Shown: piece by piece, positions 10,898 through 20,000 of the stretch
Position numbering within the stretch: position 1 is the stretch's first letter
Layout: each line of letters opens with the position of its first letter
DNA from: Neodothiora populina
Taxonomy: Eukaryota
NCBI RefSeq assembly: GCF_041146345.1
Contig: NW_027191413.1
Location: forward strand, 3,020,971-3,040,970
Direction of reading: 5' to 3'
Length of the DNA: 20,000 nt
The notes under the pieces: generated by a model
The model's database searches: none
What the model saw: the letters and a program-made list of their open reading frames with translations, nothing else
What the model was told of the DNA's origin: nothing
Translations under genes and position numbers: made by a program

Positions 10898-11609
10898 TCT
10901 TTGATGTAAATATCGCTGCAAGTACGACTTACCCTGCGTGAGTAAATGAAGTGTTGAGCAAGTGGATACATTTTTATAGTCCACCACTGCGGGGCGACTC
11001 CACATCCGAACACACGAGGTAGCCGAGGTTCAATGTCGAGACGTCCCCGGCCTGGAGAACTTCATCTCAATCTTGATGAAGTTGTGTTCGAAGAGCTGGT
11101 TACTCGAATTTACAGTCAGTATAGTCTGCGGTGTTGCACACTATGGTTTCACAGGAACTCTCGGGTGTCTAAATGACATGGACAAACGGGTGTCAACTCT
11201 TGAGTCTCCACGGAGAAGACCGATCTCATGGTGCTCGAGACAGCTAGCTATTTGCAGCTCTGCAGATAGTCGATGAGTACTGTATGTTGCGCAACGAATT
11301 TGATCGTGTTGATTCATGGTACAGTATGACTCGAAGCTGATGTTAGTGCGGCTCTAGCGTAGGCACGGTGACCAAAAGTGGGGAACGACGGTTGAAACAA
11401 GAAGACAATGACGCTCAACACCAACAACGATAAAACCCCGTAGCCGCCTCCAGTATACCGCGCTGATAGACGCGGGGTTCACTAAAACACTCGGCCAAAT
11501 TGTTCTTTCCATCCTTCAAGGGGCACAATCTCAATCCGCGGCAAATTTGGATACATAGGACATTTGATACATTGGACAACTTACACACACCTAAACGGTT
11601 TATTGGGTA

Positions 11610-13439
11610 ATGCCTGAGATGCGTCTGTCCTGGCAGCCGGGATTTTCTCTGTCGAGGAAGCCCGCGAGAAGGCCAACACCATGCAGGGATAAAGGACAGC
11701 GTTACGAGTTCGTTGTAGAGCATCCCCGGAGAGCCCGTTGCGCAAGAAATTCCCCAGCCGTCACCAGCTCTACACAAATAGACTCTCCCTCTGACTCTTC
11801 GAGGGAGCAGTCTGTCACAGTAGACGCGCATAGAGCTTATCCTCAAAGTGAGGCTGTTGGAGGAAACACAACTTTTGTTGAACTTCTGCCTGACGACTCG
11901 AACGGCGAAGAATGGCTCGAGAGCGAAGAAATCTTAGATATAGAAACATTCGGCGGAGCGACCGAGCCTTACCTGGTCTCGTGCAATAGCGAAGACCAAT
12001 ATTCATCTTCGTGCTCACCCGAGCTCACGACTGGCGGGCGCAATGATGCTGATCCAGAACCAGATGCCCCCACGGTCTCGACTTTAACTGACACATCCTC
12101 TTCTATCGAGGCTATACCAACGACTATATCCTACATTGACCTTATGCAACGGTTCAAGCCGATACTTAAAAGATGTATGCATTATGTATATGTATTCATA
12201 CCTCCCACTCCTGACTTCTAGTTGTTAGACAACGAGGAATTTTGCATGATTCCACTAACGTTCCATCTACGAATAAATCCGTTCCGATACCGTACAGACC
12301 TCGATCCAGAGCCGAGCTTTCTCGTCCACGCTGTGATGGCTCTCGCGGGTCATCACGTGACTAGTACCTCAACCTTGACTCATCGCCATACGGCACTTCA
12401 TCTGCTTCGCCAGAGGCTCAACGCGTTAGTCGATGCGGAAGATGTGTACTCTATGCTGGATACGATCGTCATTATATTTTCATTAGATGTTGGTCAGACC
12501 CGTGTGCCTCAAACTGGGTTTAAACTGACGGTGAATCTAAGGAGACTCAGTCTATTCTCGGCAACTGGAGTACACATCTTGAGGGAGCATATAGCCTCCT
12601 TGAGGCTTGCGGTGGTATCACGATATTGCCCATGTCCTCTAGGTTTGAGGCTCAGATCGGAATACTTACTTGGTATGCGAAATTCACTTCTAGATATTCT
12701 CTGTAGCTAACATACTAGGTGGGATGCTATCACAAGTCTCCTCTCAAGAGAAGACTGCGTGTTCCCTTACGCCTACTTTGATGCCGTGCTATCTAATCAG
12801 CACAGACGAGAATGGGATTTTTTTGGACTCTGCGGGTGTCCAACAAGTCTTGTAAAAGTTGTAATGCAGGTAGCACGCCTCAGCGCAGAGAGCCAAAATT
12901 CGTCCTCGACGTCATTCGAAAACACTACTATTTCGGAGTTGGAGCAATCACTTGCGTCCTGGTGTCACATTCCTGCTCCAAAAGCTGCGCAAGACGAGGA
13001 GGCTATGCACCAGGATCAAGATGTTATGCATTGCTCCGAGGCATGGAGGAATGGGCTCATCCTTTACATGTATAGGGTTTTCCGCTGGAAACTTGGAAGT
13101 GCAGTCCCATCACATATCTTGTACCGGGCAAGGGTAATTATAGACCACGTGCGCTCGTGTCGCGACATACACATGATTTCTAGGCAGGCTTTGTTACCCC
13201 TTGTTTTTGCAAGCTGCGAGACGCAAGATCGATCGATGCAAAGGGAGGTCATAAAACTATGCTCTATCTGGGACGAGAGGACCAGATATCATATGTTCCG
13301 TGAAACAATACCTCTACTCAAAGAAGTATGGGCTGAGCAAGAGAGGAATGGTTTTGAAAATGTGTGGTGGGGCCAGGTCGTAGACAAGCAACACACGTCA
13401 AGGGCTCATCCTCTAAAGATGCGACTTTGCTTTGGCTGA
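11610..13439 (+). CDS. Fungal-specific transcription factor (Fungal_trans_2-like domain), 4 exons (11610-12174, 12229-12488, 12542-12672, 12719-13439), about 558 aa
   Basis: Introns 12175-12228 (GTATGC..TAG), 12489-12541 (GTTGGT..CTGAC..AAG) and 12673-12718 (GTATGC..GCTAAC..TAG) give a continuous protein. It has HAVMALAGHH, NWSTHLEGA, WWDAITSLL, LCGCPTSL, SEAWRNGLILY and LLPLVFASCE, typical of this family. The start codon is uncertain and no Zn2Cys6 motif is visible. Confidence 0.8.
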
Positions 13440-14042
13440 TTTAGTAGTATTATCTAGTGATCGCGGTTGATTCTCATGCGAGTATGAGATGAGCACGTTT
13501 ATATATCTGCTCAGGTCTTGTGCTGATTTTACGATATTACGATTTAAACCAACATTCAAACTAGGCAAGCTTCGATAGAGCGGAACGATTGCAAGTTGCC
13601 TGCATTTTGCGCTTCTGGTCTATCTATATCTGTGCGTCTGCATGTATGAGTCTTCATGCCAATCTTGTAAAGAGGCTTGATTGGGTTGTCAAGTTTATAT
13701 GCATCGCATGTATGCTGAAATATACAGAGAGCACGGTGTAGGGCGGTCTGCGGCATCGGTCTCGATAGGAGCACAAGACTAATGGTAGGGGAGAGGTAAT
13801 GGAATGGGTAGATCTCTGTAGGGTTGCTGAGAATTGCCGTTGAATAGTCGACGCGAATTTTGTTTGAACCCGGGCCACTTCTCAGCTGCATAACAGGGTT
13901 TGACGTATTAACTCGGCGAAGCTGGTTTGTCTAACGTGTAGCTACCCACTTTGCTAGAAAAGCTTCCAAGCATCTCGGATCTATCATCTCTCTGCATATA
14001 TATCTCCCCAAAACTCCATAGAAGGCCCGGATTCGTTGTCTT

Positions 14043-16000
14043 TTAGGGTCGCTGCATGTTTAGATCACAGAACTTCCTCATGCGCTCCCACATATCGATC
14101 AGATGTCTTCTTTCACTGATGAGGTGACCCTCTCGAGGATAAGTAACCATGTCGACAGGCACATTGTTGTGAACACACGCCCGATAAAATGCTATGGCCT
14201 GCTCTAGAGGCACACGCACATCATTCTCGCCATGAAGAATCAGGATGGGGGTCTTAACATGACGCATGTGCCACAACGCACTGGCATTGCGACCATCTAA
14301 ATTCCCAATCCGATCCTTCTCGGGGCTTGTCGAGTCTTCTCCGGTCTTCACGTCCCATGGAGCACCGCCCACCATTTCGGGCTGGGTAGACCCTTCGCGT
14401 GTGGTCATCTGTGGTTGGTCGCAAGGGGGGTTTCTATCTTACTTTGGAGTCACCCGCGAGGATTTTCGATTCAGAGGAGCCATATGTGGAGCAGGTATAT
14501 CAGAATGGACCTCTATGGCAATGGGGAGCGATATATATATGGCACAAGCCCTGCTAATACTGTAACGCAAGACGTCAATACAGTCCGTGTAATCGACAGT
14601 TCCACCTCCTCCAAGAGCGTAAGCCGCATGTTTTTCACCTCTGCTACTGCCGCCACGGTAGTTGGGACAGAGAACGGCATAACCCATTGAGACTAGAACC
14701 GGAACCTCGAGACAATGACAGACAGAGAAGCCTGTGGTTATTCGCCAGTATGGCCCTCCGTGCGGTATAAGAATTGTTGCGAGTGGCCCATCTTCAGGAT
14801 TGTATGTGGACGGAACATACATCATTCCGTCTAGATGATATCCATCTACTGCGCTAGTTGAGATTGACCAGGACTTGGATATTTCCAGGGCAGCGATCCT
14901 GGAATTGTGGGCGGACAACTTAACTATACCAGCAGGCTTTGAGACAGAAAAGACCTCCTCTGGATTCGACCCATCACCTTTGCTGATCGCAACGACAGCT
15001 TTATTTCGAGTCTTGAGGACGTCAAATGATACCATCTCACACTCATCGCCAAAGACCATTGTACGAGTGCTATTACTGATTGAGTAGGACTCGTCAGTTA
15101 GGTACCTTTGGACACGGTAAGATATGCAAGATTGATTCTTCCGCATTGTTATACAACAGTGCTCCTCGTTGCCATCCTTATGCTCTACATAGCAACTGCT
15201 CTTGACATCAAGTTCGTATAACGAAAGAGAAGTCAAGATATGATTTGGGACATGACCAGCAATGAAGTAAACACCACAGTCTCCCCATGCAATCTGGCTG
15301 ATTCGACCAGGGAATTCGATGATTTTTTTCGGCTCCAGTCCAGACTTGGATGTCAGCCAGATCTCTGCACCGTAGATGCATGGAGAGTTGCAACATAGCA
15401 AAGTTCTTGCGAATCAGAGCTCCAAGTGAAATCATGCACGTGTCTGTGGTCACTAACGATGGTGTCGACTTGCCTTGTGACAATATCGACAACCCTCAGG
15501 CGGTGGTATTCTTGGTCGTGGCCCCAGATGTTCGGATCGTCTTTCGCTTTCTCCTTTGCAACCTGCTCAATTGTCTTCTCATCCGCGCTTGTGTATGCGA
15601 TACTTGTGCCGGTACAGTCCCATCGAAATTGCACAATTTGCTTTTCAAATTCTACCGGTGTTATAGGGTATGCTTCTCCACCACTGACTGACAACAGATA
15701 CACGGCAGAACTTTGCCCTGGCCGTTGTCGGTCCGATTTGAACGCGACTGTTGTTCCCGACGGAGACCACTCGGGCTGTTCGTCATTGTATAGACCCAAA
15801 GTGAACTGGCGACTGCTTTTCTCTTCGCCGACTTTGGCAATCCAGATTGAGGAAGTGGCGTTTTCGCCCTCCTTACTGTAAGCTTGCAATGCATAGGCAA
15901 TCAGGTTCCCATCAGGAGAAATTGAAATATCACGAGGAACTTGAAGGTCGGCAAGAGCCACCAAGCTCAACTCTGGCCTGTTACTTGCATCACTCCTCAT
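14043..16000 (-). pseudogene. Peptidase family S9 (S9C, acylaminoacyl-/dipeptidyl-peptidase-like) disrupted by a frameshift at about 15390 and an internal inversion at 14379-14550
   Basis: Beta-propeller repeats (ISPDG, EWSPSG, FTWSSDS), HGGPY, PNYRGGSSRG, the catalytic Asp (HGENDVRVP) and the catalytic His (YPREGH) are on the minus strand. The catalytic Ser motif GWSQGG (14413-14430) is on the plus strand. Confidence 0.9.
14379..14550 (+). other. 172-bp inverted segment of the S9 peptidase CDS, containing the nucleophile motif GWSQGG
   Basis: The plus strand reads GWVDPSRVVICGWSQGGFLSYFGVTREDFRFRGAICGAGISEWTSMAMGSDIYMAQA. Flipping it gives ...YSISR-GWVDPS...IYMAQA-EMVGGAPW... in frame with no indel. 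Confidence 0.93.
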
Positions 16001-17043
16001 TGTTCTTGTTTCGAGTGCTGGTAGGCAAGTCTTTGAGAGAGGGAACCTCAGACAGTGAAAACTGCGAGGTCCAAGGGATTGTATGCATCTGGACTGCTTT
16101 GACCAATAGCGTCAATTGTCTCCGAACTCTTCCGTGCTATCAGTTGTACTATAACCTCATCTAATTTGACTGAGATAATTAGCAACCCCCCAACTACGCA
16201 CCCCTGCTAGGATTTGCTTCGCTTCAATGTTATCACGGTAACGTTATCTACGCGAGAGTCATCTACCTTATTTTCGATTCGGCATTGTGCTTGACTACCT
16301 CGCAAGAAACGGCACTATGGGCTCTCAATTCATAGCTACACATTTGGAATGAGTCCTCGCGGGATCGCGGTCAGATGCAGGCAACGAGTCCTTGGCGGGG
16401 ATTAGGTATAGGCTTATGCGGCTCTGGCATTGTGATTGACAGCCGCAGTTGGGACGCCGCAAAGCACAATGAACAATCTGGCTCTAGATGTGGAGGGGTC
16501 AGAGATGAGGACAACCGGATAAATAGCGCAGCAGCGCCTATGTACAGTAAGGCAACAGGAAACTAATATATTGATGAAGCATCAGTACTGGTGTACCTTT
16601 CTCTGGCATGGACAGCTTATCACTGATGAGATTTACTATCGTCACCGCAGTTGCCATACCTACCCCGCACTACCTTGACTCGCTGCTGTGACATTGTTCC
16701 ACCTTCATTACAGTGTCCATGGTATGACAGGAGAGGGAAACAAGGCTGCCATTTACAAAGTACGACTTTCTGCCAACAGGTTTGTACGGCTTCCATATTC
16801 CTTTACATCTCATCGTATGTTGGATGTCGCAAAGCTACTGATACCATTGACTTGTTGGCATCGCCGCAGTTTCATTGATCCTGCTTATCCGAGGCACTTT
16901 GCATACGACTCTGCAACATCTACGTGAGACTCATCAAGTTTATGAAGACTCTGCATGATGAGATCATATTCGGACGACACCGCTTTTCGTCCGCTCTGGA
17001 CTGATATCAACGAGGCGTTGCGCACGTTCCTGGAATCACCAGC

Positions 17044-19918
17044 ATGAGCAGCAATCTAGAACGTGTAGCGCCCTCGTTCCTCCGAGATAGGCCTTATAAA
17101 GTTGTCCAGAGTCCTCCTGACTTAGCCTACTGGAGGGCGCGGATTGGTATGCTCGTGGAGAATGAGGTGGTGTTGCACAAAGATGAATTTGACAGGTACT
17201 TCCCCTACCTCAGCAATATCTGGTGGTATGTAAGGACAGGGTGGACATTTACACGAGGGGAGGACACCCCGGATAAAGAGACAACCTGGTATGACTGCAG
17301 GCTGCCTCTAGCGATGCGAAAACTCGAGGGAGAATTGTGTGACTACCATATGGAAGTGAACGAAGATCTGCGGACCGGTCGAATAGTTATAAAACGTACC
17401 GGGGACCAAAGTCTCCATACACACTCGCTAGCTGATGCTGACAAGATCGATATCGAATCGAACGATGGTCTAAGGAATCTGGTTCTATCAATGATCTGGT
17501 GTGGAACAGAGCCATGCGAGATTATGAAGATTTCCGCGAAGCAAATGTAACCGGAGAGAAGCTACTTGATGCTGGTGGTGAATATCTTACCGAAAAAATC
17601 ATCGATCGATGGTGTAGGACGTTCAGCAAATTATTTCCGAACATATGGCGTAACGGTAATAGAGCTGTATCGGATCATTTGGACACGATCAAGGCTGGCA
17701 AGGATGACTTTACAGGCTCATATGTCGAGGATACAAAACCGAGACGAGGAAGCGGGTTGAAGGATCCTGAGGGGGTACCATCGACAATTCAGCAAGCGGA
17801 ATTTCTTGTTCGGACAACCGGGGTGAAGGAGGGATACGATGTCTGTGAATCGTGTTTCGACTTCCTGACCAATCCGGCTAACACTTCTCGACTTACCGAG
17901 ATAAACACCATGGAGGGCCATCTAACCAAATGGGTCATATTGCGGATCGTTACTGAGAGCGCCAAGCAAGGTTGTCGTCTATGCCAGTTATTTCTAGTCA
18001 ATCGACCTGAAAGTCTTGGTTGTTATGGAAACGACAAGAATGAAGGTTACTACGTACGAGTACTGGCAACTAAGCAAAGGTATCTGAGACTGAGAGGAGA
18101 CAGTCTGGATTTTGACATATTCATAGTCAGTCATGCTCCTGATTTGCAAACAGTCGATAATCCATATTGGGCACCTGAGCAGAGAGACGCTTGTGTGTCT
18201 GCAAGATCTGGTACGTCTGTTGCACATTCTCAATTATATGACCAGTGGAATGATTCTTCTGTTCTAGGCGACGTAGCTGCTTCACATATCTCGTCAAGGC
18301 CGGTAGTTACCGACTCTTCGTCCGAGCGAGCTTTTTATCTCATGAACGATCAGATCAAAGACTGCCTCGAAAATCATGGCGAGCCCACAACATGCATCCA
18401 AACCAAATTGCCCTTTCGCGTGGTCGATGTCGACAACCCTCATCTCATAAAAGTTATCAATACTGAAGGGCAGACCGGGAGATATATAACTTTGAGCTAC
18501 TGCTGGGGAGCAAAAGAACAATCGATCATGCTGAAATCAAACACTATAGACGAACTCCAAAAGGCGTATCCGGTGAAAAAGCTTCCCAAAACCATCACTG
18601 ATGCGATATTGGTGACTCGAAAATTGGGCATCCGGTACCTCTGGGTGGATGTACTTTGTATCATTCAAGACGATGCGACAGACAAGAGCGAGCAGATTGC
18701 GTGCATCAAAGACATATTTGCAGGTGCATATGTTGCCATTTGCGCCGCCCGCGCCGAGTGTTACAGGGACGGTTTCTTAGGCCGCAGCACTGAAGGTCGA
18801 TTCACTGTGTCCAGGCGATACGATAAGTCGATTGCTTGTTCAACCCCAATTCCATGCAAATTTGTCGAGAGAGCCAATCTGGTCACGAGCATGGACATTA
18901 GAAGAACGGCTGTTGTCACCTAGGAGCTCGATCTTTGGTAAATCTGCATTATGTTGGGAATGCGACCATAAGCAATATATCATGCCAGACAGGATGATGG
19001 AAGAGAAGGGCATCCCGTTGAGGTTGGTCTGATCACCCGGACCACAGTTCATGGAGCCAACGCCGGTTTGTCAGACGAGGAGATGAAGACTAGACGACTT
19101 CTTTGGCCCAAGCTTGTTTCTGACTATACGTCCCGGGCTCTGACAAGTCCCAAAGATCGTCTAAGAGCCATTTCAGGGTTGGCTGCGCCTTTTCAGTCGA
19201 TCTACCAGCATTGTGAATACGTTGCGGGTCTCTGGCATGGCCCAGGGCTAGGTGGCAAGAGCTATATGCTTTCGCAACTGCTGTGGAGTGAACATGGGCG
19301 TACGAAACTTGGTGTGCACCTTCCTGTGGACGATTCTGCGCCAAGTTGGTCATGGGCATCAATCGAAACAAGCATCACATGGGGTATTTGGCAAATGAGC
19401 GATGCTATGCCTCCCGAACCGGAAGAGGACGATCCAGCAGATGTGATTGTTTGTGACATACTTAAAGTCACCAACAATGAGTACGGGGAAGTGAAAAACG
19501 AAGCGTGACACTGCAAGGTCCAACGAGATCAGCGCTTACCTATGTGCAGATGCAGCGTGACGCGCCATCACGCTGTATTCTTCATTTTGTGGAGAGTACC
19601 CACGGTGCCGAGTATGTGCATACCAGCATTGATTTGGGGTTATGTAATCTTGTTGTGGATGGGTTCACTCCGGGCTGGTTCAAAGAGGACAATATATTCC
19701 ATGGTGGCGTGCACTGCCTCACTGGGATCAAATTTGAGGTGAAGTTTCTCTTGTTGAGAAAGCGCGGAGGACTCATACTTGTCGAAGTCGATAAGCAACA
19801 GACTTACAGGCGGATAGGCATCTTTGCTTTTTTTGATCTGCAAGCTGGGAAGTCTCCGAAAGGTTGCGATACTGATGACTTGGCGACCAGGCATGCCTTC
19901 TTTGAAGACAATATCGAA
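17044..19918 (+). pseudogene. HET-domain (heterokaryon incompatibility, TOL-like) gene with an N-terminal WRKY/GCM1-like Zn domain, four frameshifts, and a 3' end truncated by the telomere
   Basis: The HET core at about 18408-18782 has LPFRVVDV, YITLSYCWG, LPKTITDAI, RYLWVDVLCIIQDD and DGFLG. It is followed by SRAWTLEERLLSPR, DYTSRALT..DRLRAISGLA, YVAGLW, APSWSWAS and GLILV...YRRIG in successive frames. Shifts fall at about 17532, 18803, 18972-19030 and 19500. Confidence 0.85.
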
Positions 19919-20000
19919 AGGGTTAGGGTTAGGGTTAGGGTTAGGGTTAGGGTTAGGGTTAGGGTTAGGGTTAGGGTTAGGGTTAGGGTTAGGGTTAGGG
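19919..20000 (+). repeat. Telomeric repeat (TTAGGG)n, right chromosome end
   Basis: AGGG at 19919-19922 is followed by 13 perfect TTAGGG copies (19923-20000) to the end of the window, with the G-rich strand running 5'->3' toward the end. Confidence 0.98.

Noticed and set aside
14266..14565. 99-aa plus-strand ORF with GWSQGG as an independent small hydrolase
   Set aside because: It is explained by the inverted piece of the minus-strand S9 gene. The flanking residues are antisense read-through.
17044..17650. Autonomous Mutator/MULE transposon
   Set aside because: Only an N-terminal Zn-domain-like region is present. No DDE domain, terminal inverted repeats or target-site duplication were seen.

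Overview
This is the terminal 20 kb of a filamentous-ascomycete chromosome arm, with short introns carrying CTRAY-type branch sites and 13 perfect TTAGGG repeats at the end. Apparently intact genes are an acyltransferase-3 membrane O-acyltransferase, a 3-exon SDR, a Dal5/allantoate-type MFS permease with a probable GC-AG intron, and a 4-exon fungal-specific transcription factor with no visible Zn2Cys6 domain. Damaged genes are a truncated DUF1907/C11orf54-like gene, an NRPS adenylation-domain stub, an NADP-dependent ADH with a 1-nt frameshift masked by intron read-through, an S9 serine peptidase, and a HET-domain gene. Three things stand out. (1) A clean 172-bp inversion inside the S9 gene puts the GWSQGG catalytic-serine segment on the opposite strand. 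(2) The HET gene appears fused to an N-terminal WRKY/GCM1-like (Mutator-type) zinc domain. (3) The last reading frame of the HET gene has no stop codon and runs into the telomere as (Arg-Val)n. Family assignments come from motif recognition, not database searches. Several -1 frameshifts could be consensus errors.
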